A stretch of DNA of 64,000 nt from Clostridium sp. (GTDB lineage: Bacteria; Bacillota; Clostridia; Clostridiales; Clostridiaceae), in assembly GCF_036643715.1 (NCBI RefSeq), contig NZ_JAVXRL010000008.1, forward strand, positions 2,722 to 66,721, in the 5' to 3' direction. Shown piece by piece: positions 1 through 10,106 of this stretch (position 1 is its first letter; every line of letters begins with the position of its first letter). The notes beneath the pieces are model-generated. The model had not been told where the DNA came from and did no database searches. It worked only from the letters and a program-made list of their open reading frames with translations. Position numbers and translations under genes: made by a program.

Positions 1-939
1 GTACATTCACTTATATCTTTATATATTTTTGCAGGAGTAATGCTTGGAGCAGCAGATGGTATTGCGTATATGATATCGCTATCCAATTGCATTAAGTGGT
101 TTCCAGAGAAAAAAGGGCTTATTTCAGGAATATCAGTCGGAGCATATGGAACTGGTAGCTTAATATTTAAATATATAGATTCAGCGTTCTTAAGATCAAG
201 TGGTGTAAGTATAGCATTTGAATATTGGGGAATACTAGCAATGATACTTATATTTGTTGGAGGAATGCTTCTTAAAGATGCTCCTTTAGATCCAATTGTA
301 AATTCAGATAGTAAAGATAAAGTTGATAATAATTTTACAGTAAAAGAAATGCTTAGAACTAAACAAGCATATCTTTTGTTTATAGCTTTTTTTTCAGCTT
401 GTATGGGAGGACTATATCTTATAGGAATAGTAAAAGATATAGGAGTTAATCTAGTTCATTTAGATGTACAAGCTGCAGCAAACTCAGTTGCAATGGTAGC
501 TATATTTAATACAGTGGGAAGAATAATTCTTGGCGGGTTATCAGATAAGATAGGAGCACTTAGAGTTATAGGATTTAATTTCATAGTTACAGCAATTTCA
601 GTTACAGTATTGTTATTTGTTCCTTTAAATTTCGAAATTTTCTTTGCTTGTGTTGCGGGTATAGCTTTCTGCTTTGGAGGCAATATTACGATATTCCCAA
701 GCTTGGTTGGAGACTTCTTTGGACTTAAAAATCATAGTAAAAATTATGGAGTAATATACCAAGGCTTTGGTATTGGAGCATTATCAGGTTCTGTAATTGC
801 TAATATAGTTGGAGGATTCAGACCAACATTTATGGTTATTGGAGTTTTATGTATAATTTCATTAATTATAGTAGCAACAATAAAAGCACCTCATCATGAA
901 AGAGTTATAAATGAAGAATTAAAATTAGGTAATGCGTAG
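1..939 (+). CDS. MFS transporter, oxalate:formate antiporter (OFA)-like, 5' end outside window
   Basis: Frame is open from base 1 (VHSLISLYIFAGVMLG...). Multiple hydrophobic helices; MFS motifs 'KWFPEKKGLISG' and 'GRIILGGLSDKIG'; OFA-type 'FGLKNHSKNYG'. Confidence 0.8.
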   Translation, partial: VHSLISLYIFAGVMLGAADGIAYMISLSNCIKWFPEKKGLISGISVGAYGTGSLIFKYIDSAFLRSSGVSIAFEYWGILAMILIFVGGMLLKDAPLDPIVNSDSKDKVDNNFTVKEMLRTKQAYLLFIAFFSACMGGLYLIGIVKDIGVNLVHLDVQAAANSVAMVAIFNTVGRIILGGLSDKIGALRVIGFNFIVTAISVTVLLFVPLNFEIFFACVAGIAFCFGGNITIFPSLVGDFFGLKNHSKNYGVIYQGFGIGALSGSVIANIVGGFRPTFMVIGVLCIISLIIVATIKAPHHERVINEELKLGNA

Positions 940-964
940 AGAATAATAACAAATGAGCTGTAAG

Positions 965-1006
965 AGTAGATAATCCTTTGAAAATTTTTTCAAAGGATTA
1001 TCTACT
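965..1006. terminator. Hairpin between convergent MFS and GH18 genes
   Basis: Long perfect inverted repeat agtagataatcctttgaaa / tttcaaaggattatctact. Confidence 0.75.
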
Positions 1007-1009
1007 TGA

Positions 1010-2035
1010 TTATATTAAATTTTTATATATACAATTTAATAATGTACCTGTACTATCTGCATAATAGTGCCAAAACATCATTCCTAAAAGTCCTTCATCT
1101 TTTAAATAAGAGCACTTATAACTTATAGATTCTTCATCATCATAAGATATAAATTCAGTACCATTAAATAAGTATGGAGCTTTTGCTTCGTTATCAAAGT
1201 ATCTTTTAAAACCATTTTTATTTATATAATTTTCTTTAAGTTCATCATAATTTGAGAAGAAACCACCTGTAGTTTCTGCTATTTGGAAAAGTCCACTATT
1301 AAAGTTTGGAACACCTTTAAATCCTCTAGCATAGAAAGCAGCACCGATAATTAATTTCTCTTTTGGTACACCAGCTTTTTCAAATAGTTTAACTGCATCA
1401 TGGGTAGAACCTTTAAATAAATCACCTGTTGAATTATAAAGTGGAGTATGGTGTCCTGTTAGTACTTGGAATCCACCTCTAAAATCATAAGTCATAAGTT
1501 GAATATAATCTAAATACTTATGAATCTTATCCATTTCAGTTCCATCTAAATAATATTGCTCTGCACCAGTTGCTATTGTTAACAAGAAATGTTTGTTATA
1601 TTTTTCTTCTTCAATATCTAGTTGATTTCTAAGTTCTTCTAAAAGAAGAGTGAAATTAACCTTATCATCTGGTGAAGACATAATTCCTGATACTGAGTAA
1701 CATGGATATTCCCAGTCAAGGTCAAGACCATCTAATTCATACTTATGCATGAATTCTATTGCATTTTTTGCAAATAACTTTCTATTTTCATTAGAAGATG
1801 CAGCTTCAGAAAAACCGCCAGCACCCCAGCCACCTAAAGACATTAAAATAGTCAAATCAGGATTGAAATCTCTAATTTTAGAAAGTTCGTTTAAATTTTT
1901 AAGTTTTGTGTATATTTCACAATTTGAAACCTTTGCAAATGCAAGATTTATATGAGTAAGCTTTAGAGCATCCTCTTTTTTTATGTTCAAAAGTCCGATA
2001 TCGCGTAAATACGCAATTATAAATTTATTTCCCAT
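1010..2035 (-). CDS. Glycoside hydrolase family 18 (chitinase-like), catalytic domain only
   Basis: 'SLGGWG' and catalytic DxDxE 'LDGLDLDWEYP', 'MTYDF', 'GAAFYAR', 'GMMFW'. No signal peptide visible. Confidence 0.9.
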   Translation of the reverse strand: MGNKFIIAYLRDIGLLNIKKEDALKLTHINLAFAKVSNCEIYTKLKNLNELSKIRDFNPDLTILMSLGGWGAGGFSEAASSNENRKLFAKNAIEFMHKYELDGLDLDWEYPCYSVSGIMSSPDDKVNFTLLLEELRNQLDIEEEKYNKHFLLTIATGAEQYYLDGTEMDKIHKYLDYIQLMTYDFRGGFQVLTGHHTPLYNSTGDLFKGSTHDAVKLFEKAGVPKEKLIIGAAFYARGFKGVPNFNSGLFQIAETTGGFFSNYDELKENYINKNGFKRYFDNEAKAPYLFNGTEFISYDDEESISYKCSYLKDEGLLGMMFWHYYADSTGTLLNCIYKNLI

Positions 2036-2157
2036 AGTACCCCTCCTAACGTTTACATAATAAGTTTATCATATATAATTAATAAATTTATATAGCAAAA
2101 TACAATTAAATTTATTATCATTAATAAGTAGTTATAAAATTATAGTAGGAGTGAAAA

Positions 2158-3117
2158 ATGAATATTTTAAAAGAAAATACATTTAAGATGGCAATATCAG
2201 CAACACTTGCGATATTTATTGCAGAAAGCTTTGGTCTTCAATTTGGAGTTACAAGTGGAATTATTGCTATTCTTAGTATACAAAATACAAAAAAAGAAGC
2301 ACTTTTAGTAGGTGGAAAGAGATTAATTGCGGCTACCATAGCGGTAGTATTATCATATTTTTTATATATGTTACTTGGAAATACAGCACTTATATTTGGA
2401 ATATTTCTTCTTGTGTATATTACGATTACTAAAGAACTAAAAATAGAAGAAGGAATGGTAGTTGGAGCAGTTTTATCAACTCATTTATTAGTAAGTACTA
2501 ATATCGATTTAGGATGGATATTAAATGAAGAATATTTAACTTTAATAGGGATAGGGGTAGCGTCATTATTTAATCTTTATATGCCTTCATTAGAAGATAA
2601 GTTTAAAGAAAAAAGAGAACTTATAGAAGTAGGATACAGAGAAATTATAAATGATATGGCTCAAAGTTTAATATTAAAAGCAGTACCAATTAATGAAATG
2701 GAAAAGCTTAGAAAGATTGAGGGACATATAGAAGAGGCTAGAGATCTTGCGTATAAAATAAATAACAACTATTTATTTAAAGAAGAGCTCTATTATATTG
2801 ATTACATAGAGATGAGAATAAAACAATTAGATACAATGAAAAGAATGAAGTCTCACTTTTCAAGGTTTTATATGGCCTATGATCAAACACTTATAATGGC
2901 TGATTTTACAAAGGATGTTGCTATGAATATATATGATGGAAATGATTGTATTGCACTCCTTTATAAACTTAAAAAATTAAAGTTTGGATATAGGAATATG
3001 CCACTTCCTAAAACAAGGGATGAATTTGAAAATAGAGCGATGCTGTTTCAATTTCTAAATGATTTAGAAGACTTCTTAACGCTTAAGAAAGACTTTAAAA
3101 AAATATATAAAAATTAG
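2158..3117 (+). CDS. Aromatic acid exporter family (YgaE/FUSC-like) membrane protein
   Basis: N-terminal hydrophobic block with 'GIIAILSIQNTKKE', C-terminal helical region ending 'LPKTRDEFENRAMLFQFLNDLE'. Confidence 0.8.
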   Translation: MNILKENTFKMAISATLAIFIAESFGLQFGVTSGIIAILSIQNTKKEALLVGGKRLIAATIAVVLSYFLYMLLGNTALIFGIFLLVYITITKELKIEEGMVVGAVLSTHLLVSTNIDLGWILNEEYLTLIGIGVASLFNLYMPSLEDKFKEKRELIEVGYREIINDMAQSLILKAVPINEMEKLRKIEGHIEEARDLAYKINNNYLFKEELYYIDYIEMRIKQLDTMKRMKSHFSRFYMAYDQTLIMADFTKDVAMNIYDGNDCIALLYKLKKLKFGYRNMPLPKTRDEFENRAMLFQFLNDLEDFLTLKKDFKKIYKN

Positions 3118-3145
3118 GCTATGATAATCATAGCCTAATTTTTTT
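3112..3145. terminator. Bidirectional intrinsic terminator
   Basis: aattaggctatga-t-aatcatagcctaatt followed by a T-run, between convergent genes. Confidence 0.75.
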
Positions 3146-3151
3146 AATAAA

Positions 3152-3925
3152 CTAAAGAGATATTATTTGAGGCTTTCTTTCTTTGAAGTATATAGGCTTT
3201 AAATTAGCTTCTTTAGCCATATTAAGTGCAATATCAAAATTAGAGCCAATAGCCCCTGCATTATGAGCATCTGAGCCTAAAGTTACATATTTACCACCAA
3301 GCTCATTGTATCGTTTATATAGTGGAATAAGCGCTTTAGAGGCAGAAATAAAATCTAATCTCTTACTATTTAATTCTAAAACTTTACCTTTAGATATAAG
3401 AACTTTGAAAATTTCATCTATATAATCAGAGAAGTCCTTTAAATAAATTTCATTATCTTTGAAATTTAAATACCTGCAAGGGTAATCTATATGAGAAAGT
3501 GAATCAAAATTATCAAAGCCCTTAACATCACGTAACATTTCCTCAAAATAAGAAGTGAAGAAATCTTTCTTTGATATAGAATCTTTGTTTGGATCACTAA
3601 AAATATCAACATCATTAATAGAATGAACGGAACCTAGTATAAAATCAAATGGATATTTATTAGATAGTTCAATATTTTTATCTACAATAGATTCAGAAAG
3701 TCCAATTTCAATTCCAAGAAGAAGATTATCTCCTCTATATTTAGAATATTTTTCAAAAAACTTATCGCAATCTACTTTAAATAAATCAGGAACAGGATAG
3801 TTATAATCCATATGTTCAGTTAGTATTGTTCCAATATTCAGGTCTTGTCCTCTTTTGATTACTTCGGCTATTGTCATTTTGCTATCAGAGGATAATTCTG
3901 TATGCATGTGACTATCGAAAATCAT
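3152..3925 (-). CDS. PHP-family phosphatase, histidinol-phosphatase HisJ/HisK type
   Basis: 'DSHMHT', 'TEH', 'GIEIG', 'GSVH', 'SHIDY', 'GSDAH' metal-binding motifs. Confidence 0.85.
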   Translation of the reverse strand: MIFDSHMHTELSSDSKMTIAEVIKRGQDLNIGTILTEHMDYNYPVPDLFKVDCDKFFEKYSKYRGDNLLLGIEIGLSESIVDKNIELSNKYPFDFILGSVHSINDVDIFSDPNKDSISKKDFFTSYFEEMLRDVKGFDNFDSLSHIDYPCRYLNFKDNEIYLKDFSDYIDEIFKVLISKGKVLELNSKRLDFISASKALIPLYKRYNELGGKYVTLGSDAHNAGAIGSNFDIALNMAKEANLKPIYFKERKPQIISL

Positions 3926-4024
3926 ATTAAAAAACCTCCAGTATAATATATAAATTGCTTTTTTATATTATAGCATAGTATTATTAATATTGAAGATAAT
4001 AACCTATAACGAGGAGGAAAAATT

Positions 4025-4369
4025 ATGAAAGAATTATTTAAAGTAAAAGATATGTCTTTTTATGAAGAAGACTTTTTAGATGATATTGCAGAGTATGAGG
4101 ATATAATACCAATAATAAAGGAACTTGAAGGTAAGTTAGATTACGAAAAGATAGCATGTGTTGATATTAATGAATGTTGTGAAAAGAGTAAGGATAATTA
4201 TTTAGTTGAAATTGTTGGATATATAAATGATGAAGATGAATTTATTACTAAAGAAGAAAAAGAGCAGTTTGAGAATGTATTAAAAAATGATGCTCTTGAT
4301 TTGTTCGTAATATCAGTTTACAAATGTGCTGATTGTGGGAAATGGGTAATAAAAATATTAGAAGATTAG
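4025..4369 (+). CDS. Acidic hypothetical protein with probable Zn-binding cysteines (C-terminus resembles DUF3785)
   Basis: RBS gaggagg. 'CVDINECC' and C-terminal 'YKCADCGKW'. Family match is from memory only. Confidence 0.6.
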   Translation: MKELFKVKDMSFYEEDFLDDIAEYEDIIPIIKELEGKLDYEKIACVDINECCEKSKDNYLVEIVGYINDEDEFITKEEKEQFENVLKNDALDLFVISVYKCADCGKWVIKILED

Positions 4370-4573
4370 TATGATATTTATGGGGTTATATCAAAGAGCT
4401 AAATATAGTTCATTTTGATATAACCTCTATTTTTATATAAAAAAGTATTAATATAAGGCATAATGTTAATAATCAAAATAATTACGAAATAATTAAAATA
4501 AAGAATAAAAAGTTAAAAAAGATTGATTTTTGTTAATAAAATTTATTATTATATAAAAAGAGAGAGGTGCAAA

Positions 4574-5824
4574 ATGGCGATAAAAGATAATTTATACAAT
4601 ATTAAAGAGTTTTTTATTAAAAAATGCAAAGATATAAAAGGTATAAATAAGGACAACTACAAAAACTTTTTGAGAAAAAATATTAAGTGGATTATAGCGA
4701 TAATACTATTAATATTTCTAATGGCTGGGTTTTCTATTGGAAATGCAACGACAACAAAAAATCAAATCGTCAAAGAACTTAATTTAACATTAAAAGATGG
4801 AAAAGCAAATAAGCTTACAAATATTATTGAGGTTAATAATAAAAAAGTAAGCAAAAAAGAATTACTACCTTTAATTGAATATTATAAAGGCAAAAATGAG
4901 CTAGTAAACAGTACTGTTGAGCAGTTAAGTGACAACAACAAAACAGACATATTTGAACTTGTAAATGAAAAAAGTTTTTTTGGAGATAACTATCACATAA
5001 ATTTAAAGACTTTTAATGTTACACTAACTAGCAACTTTAAAGATGCACAGATTTCACTAAGTAATAGTGATGAGAAATATGGAACAACAGATACTATAAG
5101 AAATATAATTCCAGGAAATTACGTAATAACAGGTGAAATAAAGAGTGATTATGGAGACATAAAATCAGAGAAAGATATCACTGTTATGAAGGATGAAAAG
5201 ATAGATATGAATCTTAAAGGGGTTATGGTAACAGTACAATCAGATATAAAAGATGCTAAAGTTATGATAAATGGAAAAGATAGCGGAATTATAGCTAACA
5301 ATTTTAAAGATATTGGACCAATTCCAAGTGATGGATCTGTTAGTATTTCACTTCAAAAAGAATTTCCTTGGGGAGTTGTAGATGGAAAAGAAGTGAAAGT
5401 TATGGATTCTAAAAATATAAAACTAAATATTAATTTAGTTAATGATGAGCTTTGGAACAATGTATTAAATAGTGTTAATACTTTTTATAAAAGTGTTATA
5501 GATGCACTAAATAATGAAGATGAAAGTCTTATAAAGGGTTCAAGTGAAGAGGCAAAGAAGAAAGTATATTCTATACTTGAAAAAAATTATTTCATATTTA
5601 AAAACAAATATGAAATGACATCATTAAATATTGATAAAGAAAAAAGCCATTTTGAATACAACGGAGGAGAGTATAAGGGGACTGTTGTATGTGACGTTAA
5701 TTACGATGTTAGCATGGCGTTATTTGGTATTGGAAAGAAAGAGAACAATAAAAAGTTCTTTACAAAAGTAGTTTATAAAAATAATGAGTGGATTGTTGAT
5801 GATGTTGAGAATTTCTCATTGTAA
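4574..5824 (+). CDS. Membrane-anchored TcaA-like cell-envelope protein
   Basis: Start re-assigned to ATG 4574 (RBS agaggtg). One N-terminal TM segment, then beta-rich domains ('IIPGNY', 'FPWG') and an NTF2-like C-terminus typical of TcaA-domain proteins. Confidence 0.6.
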   Translation: MAIKDNLYNIKEFFIKKCKDIKGINKDNYKNFLRKNIKWIIAIILLIFLMAGFSIGNATTTKNQIVKELNLTLKDGKANKLTNIIEVNNKKVSKKELLPLIEYYKGKNELVNSTVEQLSDNNKTDIFELVNEKSFFGDNYHINLKTFNVTLTSNFKDAQISLSNSDEKYGTTDTIRNIIPGNYVITGEIKSDYGDIKSEKDITVMKDEKIDMNLKGVMVTVQSDIKDAKVMINGKDSGIIANNFKDIGPIPSDGSVSISLQKEFPWGVVDGKEVKVMDSKNIKLNINLVNDELWNNVLNSVNTFYKSVIDALNNEDESLIKGSSEEAKKKVYSILEKNYFIFKNKYEMTSLNIDKEKSHFEYNGGEYKGTVVCDVNYDVSMALFGIGKKENNKKFFTKVVYKNNEWIVDDVENFSL

Positions 5825-5864
5825 TATTAAGGTGGATTAAGGGGTTTTAGGAGGAGTTTTCATA

Positions 5865-7115
5865 ATGAAAAAAAGGGTTATATCAATAGGGCTTGCATTT
5901 GTTATGCTAACAGGAGTTATGGGAATCAATACAACTGATGCATATGCAACAAACACAGATTCTAAAAATAAAATAGAAGAAAATAAAAATAAAATAGAAG
6001 ATCTTCAAAAAGAAAAAGATAAGATTAATAATAGAAAAAAAGAGGAAGAAAGTTATTTATCTTCATTAATGAATGAAATAGAAGAAAAGAGTTTAGAACT
6101 TTCAAAATCTGAAAATAATTTAAAAAGTATTGAAGATGAAATAAAGTCACTAGATGAAGAAGTTAGGAAAATTAATAATGAAATAAATAATAAAGAAATA
6201 GAAATAGGAGAAAATGAAGTTAAAGCAAGTGAGACTGAAGATATACTATCAAAAAGGCTTAGAAGCTATTATAAATCAGATTTTCAGTCTCAATATTTAT
6301 ATATGATTTTTACAAGTGAAAACATAACTCAATTTTTCTCGAATATATCAAGTATAAATAAAATAATTAAAACTGATAATGAGCTTTTAAAAGAAATAGA
6401 AGATATGCATAAAAACTTAGAAGAGCAAAAAGAAGATCTTAGACGCAGAAGAAGTGAAGTGGAAGAAAATAAAGCTTCAAAAGAAAATCTTAAAATAAAA
6501 GCTGCAAATGAGAAAGACAGATACGAATCAGAAGTTAATCAACTTAAATCTTTAGAAGAAGAAAAAGCGAGTAGAGTTGATAGTTTAAATAATGAAGAGA
6601 AAAAAATCCAAGAAGAAATTGGAGATTTAACAAGCTTTAATAAAGAACTGCAAAATGAAATGGATAATATATTTAATAATATAAATAGTGGAAATGATAG
6701 TGGTAGTAGTTCTAATAATGGTGGAGAGTCAAGCAAAGGCTTTGTAAGACCAACGGCTGGCAGAACTACAAGTCTATATGGACCAAGAAAACATCCTGTA
6801 ACTGGAGCTATGGGATTCCATACAGGTGTTGATTTTGCAGGGGCAAGTGGAGCAAAAATAGTCGCATCAAAAGGTGGAAAAGTTGTATCAGCAGGTGTAA
6901 TAGGTGGATATGGACAAGCTATTATAATTGATCATGGAAATGGAGTGCAAACTTTGTATGCTCATTCAAGGAAGCTGCTAGTAAATGTTGGACAAACTGT
7001 ATCACAAGGACAACTTATAGCTGAAGTAGGAAGTACAGGCATGAGTACAGGACCGCATCTTCATTTTGAAGTTAGAATAAATGGAAAACATACTAATCCA
7101 ATGAATTACTTATAA
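5865..7115 (+). CDS. Secreted coiled-coil M23 peptidase (EnvC/NlpD-like murein hydrolase)
   Basis: Signal peptide, long coiled coil, M23 Zn motifs 'HTGVD' and 'PHLHFEV'. Confidence 0.9.
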   Translation: MKKRVISIGLAFVMLTGVMGINTTDAYATNTDSKNKIEENKNKIEDLQKEKDKINNRKKEEESYLSSLMNEIEEKSLELSKSENNLKSIEDEIKSLDEEVRKINNEINNKEIEIGENEVKASETEDILSKRLRSYYKSDFQSQYLYMIFTSENITQFFSNISSINKIIKTDNELLKEIEDMHKNLEEQKEDLRRRRSEVEENKASKENLKIKAANEKDRYESEVNQLKSLEEEKASRVDSLNNEEKKIQEEIGDLTSFNKELQNEMDNIFNNINSGNDSGSSSNNGGESSKGFVRPTAGRTTSLYGPRKHPVTGAMGFHTGVDFAGASGAKIVASKGGKVVSAGVIGGYGQAIIIDHGNGVQTLYAHSRKLLVNVGQTVSQGQLIAEVGSTGMSTGPHLHFEVRINGKHTNPMNYL

Positions 7116-7169
7116 TTTTATCTAAAATAAGGAATACTTTAAGTGTTTCTTATTTTTTTACGAAAGAAA

Positions 7170-7319
7170 ATAAAAAACCTGTACTAAAAATAGTACAGGT
7201 TAAAGGGTTATGTTCATTTAAGAAAGGGAATAAATGAACATTTTGTGGGGTTTATTTAAACTCTATAGCGTTTGCTAATAGAGTGGTATGGGCTTTATTA
7301 ATTTTTTAATTTATTTGTT
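7170..7319 (-). ncRNA. Putative ~150-nt C-rich small RNA
   Basis: Own sigmaA-like promoter, two internal hairpins, C-rich single-stranded tracts, minus-strand terminator (7175-7201 plus T-run), no credible ORF. Confidence 0.55.
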
Positions 7320-7325
7320 AATATG

Positions 7326-7354
7326 ATTATACTAAAATTTAAAATAAATTCCAA
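7326..7354 (-). promoter_or_regulatory. SigmaA-like promoter of the putative sRNA
   Basis: Minus strand TTGGAA (7354-7349), 17 nt, TATAAT (7331-7326). Confidence 0.6.
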
Positions 7355-7541
7355 TAGGTAAACGATAAGTTTACTAAATATTAATAAATGGTTTATAATA
7401 TGTTAAAAAAGTATTCAAAAAATCAATTTCAAATATTTTTCTATAAAGTTATAAAATAATGGTGAAATTATGATAAAATAATTTGTAGAAATTTGAATAA
7501 ATACAGACTAAATATAGTTTTTATAATAAAGGAGAATAATT

Positions 7542-7700
7542 ATGATAAGAATAGATAAGAAGACACATTTAAGGGATAGTATGGAATATGAAGATTATTC
7601 TAACAATATAGCTAATTTATCCAACAAGGAAAAGGAAGAACTTGGGATTAAAACTTGTGGCGGTTGCTGTAAAACAAAAAAAGAACAAAAAAGTAAGTAA
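7542..7700 (+). CDS. 52-aa small protein with a CGGCC motif (not in the ORF track)
   Basis: RBS aaggag 8-9 nt upstream. MIRIDKKTHLRDSMEYEDYSNNIANLSNKEKEELGIKTCGGCCKTKKEQKSK*. Confidence 0.7.
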   Translation: MIRIDKKTHLRDSMEYEDYSNNIANLSNKEKEELGIKTCGGCCKTKKEQKSK

Positions 7701-7782
7701 AATATAAGAAAAAATTTATTAATTTAATGTAGCAAGTATTGTATAATAAATGTAGTATTAGTAAGTTTAGGAGGTAAATATT

Positions 7783-8565
7783 TTGGCAAAACCAAGTATA
7801 TTTAGTAAAGATTATGAAAAGAAAATGAGACGTAGAAAGATTAAGATTTCAGTAATAGTAGCTTTAGTTGCAGTAGTTACAGGAATTCTTATATATAAAT
7901 TCAAGATAGAAAAAATGGATTTTTCTAATGTAAGAGGGAAATTACAAGCTTGGGTTGATAGTGGGAATGATAATAATAGTGATGAAAAGGTAAAGGAAGA
8001 AGTACAAGAAGAGACTAAGCCAGAACCGCCAAAGCAAACTTACATCGAAGCTAAAATAAATGAGAAATTAACATTGAAATGTGAGTATAAAACAGAAGAT
8101 GATAAAAAAGAATTTGTCTCTATAGAAAATGCAGATGGTATAAGCTATGATATTTCACCTAACAAACAGATGATTGTTGTATTAGATAAAGATCAAAACA
8201 TGCAATTAATAAATATAGATGGAAAAGTTACAGATATAACAAAAAAAGAATATATATCAAAAAAAGGTGATAAGTTTAAGAAGGAATTAAAGATTAAGGA
8301 AAATAAAGATTATTTATGGCATTCACAAGCTAAGTTTATGGATGATGAAAACATAGTATATGTAAGTAATTTACCTTACTTTGGTACTGCTGCGACAAAT
8401 GAGTATATATGGATATATAACATAAAAGATAAGAAAGATACTATAAGTTGGAAAACTAAAGGAAAAGATATAACAATTGGAAAAGTAGTTCCAAAAAAAG
8501 GTATTGAAATTAAGTCAGGCAAAAATGAATATATACTAGATAATAAGGGTACTATTGTAAAGTAA
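7783..8565 (+). CDS. Hypothetical membrane-anchored protein with beta-rich extracellular domain
   Basis: TTG start with RBS ggagg. Basic N-terminus, one TM helix, then a lysine-rich beta-type domain. Confidence 0.7.
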   Translation: MAKPSIFSKDYEKKMRRRKIKISVIVALVAVVTGILIYKFKIEKMDFSNVRGKLQAWVDSGNDNNSDEKVKEEVQEETKPEPPKQTYIEAKINEKLTLKCEYKTEDDKKEFVSIENADGISYDISPNKQMIVVLDKDQNMQLINIDGKVTDITKKEYISKKGDKFKKELKIKENKDYLWHSQAKFMDDENIVYVSNLPYFGTAATNEYIWIYNIKDKKDTISWKTKGKDITIGKVVPKKGIEIKSGKNEYILDNKGTIVK

Positions 8566-8677
8566 GATTTAGTAAAAAAGAGCCTGGAATAAAGCATTTG
8601 ATAATGTGTAGAAATTTATGTTATAATAACCTAGTTAATAAATGTGAACAAAGAACTATTTTAGGAGGAATAACAAA

Positions 8678-9961
8678 ATGGAAGCTAAAATGGAAAAAAT
8701 AGAAGCTAATGTTGTTAAATTTGAAGTGAGAGTAGAAGCAGAAAAATTCACTGCTGCTTTAAATAAAGCATACAACAAGAATAAGAAGAACTTTAATATA
8801 CCTGGATTCAGAAAAGGTAAAGTGCCAATGGCAATGGTAAAGAAGCACTACGGTATCGAAGTATTATTTGAAGATGCAATAAATACAGTAGTAAGTGAAA
8901 CTTACCCAACACTAGTTGAAGAAAACAACTTAAGACCAATTGATTACCCAAGCATAGACGTTGTAGAAGTTGGAGAAGGTAAAGACTTAGTTTATACTGC
9001 AGAAGTTACTTTATATCCAGAAATCGAACTTGGAGAATACAAGGGATTAGACGTTAAGAGAAAAGAAGTTAAAGTAGAAGACGTTGAAGTTGAAGGCCAA
9101 TTAAAGAGCATGCAACAACAAAACGCTAGAGTAGAAGTTAAAGAAGAAGGAACTATTGAAAATGGTGATATCGCTGTTATAGACTTCAAAGGATTTGTTG
9201 ATGGAGTTGCTTTCGAAGGCGGAGAAGCTAAAGACTACGCTTTAGAAATTGGATCAGGTTCATTCATCGATAACTTTGAAGAACAATTAGTAGGAATGAC
9301 TACTGGTGATAAGAAAGAAATCAAAGTTAACTTCCCAGAAAATTACGGAAAAGAAGATTTAAACGGAAAAGAAGCTACTTTTGAAGTAACAATCAATCAA
9401 ATTAAAGCTAAAGAAATGCCAGCTTTAGATGATGAATTTGCTAAAGAAGTTTCAGAATTCGAAACATTAGCTGAATTAAAAGCTGATATAATCGGAAAAA
9501 TAGAAGAAACTAAGAAAGCTTCAATTGAAAGAGAATTCGAAGACGAGTTAATAACTGCAGTTATCGAAAACTCAAAAATGGATATTCCAGCAATCATGGT
9601 TGAAAAAGAAATAGATACTATGGTTAAAGATCTTGAAAATAGATTACAACAACAAGGTTTATCATTAGAGCAATACATGCAATTCACTGGTAACACAGAA
9701 GAAAAGATGAGATCATACATGAAGGAAAATGCTGATAAGAAAGTTAAAGCTGACTTAGTATTAGAAGCAATTGCTAAAAATGAAAAGATCGAAGCTACTG
9801 ATGAAGAAATCAAAGAAAAAGCTACTGAAATAGCTAAAATGTATGCACCAGATGAAGCTGAAAAAATGGCTGAAATGTTAATGCAAACTCAAAAAGCTAT
9901 GATAGCTAAAGACATAGTTGTTTCAAACACAATTAAGTTATTAGAAAACAGCTGTAAATAA
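8678..9961 (+). CDS. tig: Trigger factor
   Basis: '[10 protein letters not shown]' ribosome-binding motif, FKBP domain ('[14 protein letters not shown]', '[11 protein letters not shown]'), upstream of clpP-clpX. Confidence 0.97.
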   Translation: MEAKMEKIEANVVKFEVRVEAEKFTAALNKAYNKNKKNFNIPGFRKGKVPMAMVKKHYGIEVLFEDAINTVVSETYPTLVEENNLRPIDYPSIDVVEVGEGKDLVYTAEVTLYPEIELGEYKGLDVKRKEVKVEDVEVEGQLKSMQQQNARVEVKEEGTIENGDIAVIDFKGFVDGVAFEGGEAKDYALEIGSGSFIDNFEEQLVGMTTGDKKEIKVNFPENYGKEDLNGKEATFEVTINQIKAKEMPALDDEFAKEVSEFETLAELKADIIGKIEETKKASIEREFEDELITAVIENSKMDIPAIMVEKEIDTMVKDLENRLQQQGLSLEQYMQFTGNTEEKMRSYMKENADKKVKADLVLEAIAKNEKIEATDEEIKEKATEIAKMYAPDEAEKMAEMLMQTQKAMIAKDIVVSNTIKLLENSCK

Positions 9962-9992
9962 TTGATATATAAAAATTAAATAAATGTAACAT

Positions 9993-10031
9993 AAAATAAT
10001 TGCCAGAAAATTTCTTTCTGGCAATTATTTC
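9993..10031 (+). terminator. Intrinsic terminator after tig
   Basis: aaaataattgccagaaa / tttctggcaattatttt inverted repeat. Confidence 0.75.
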
Positions 10032-10106
10032 AAATAAAAAGATTAACAAAAGACAAATATTAGGGTATAATTTTATTTAAGTTACATTGAAAAGGAGGGG
10101 AATTAA

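Noticed and set aside
7261-7285. GCAAAC-containing hairpin suggesting a c-di-GMP-I riboswitch
   Set aside because: The GGGACGCAAAGC half and GNRA tetraloop/receptor are absent, and no gene lies downstream in that orientation.
10032-10060. Possible CtsR box upstream of clpP
   Set aside because: Only about 10 of 15 positions match the GGTCAAA heptad repeat, which is not distinguishable from chance in AT-rich DNA.
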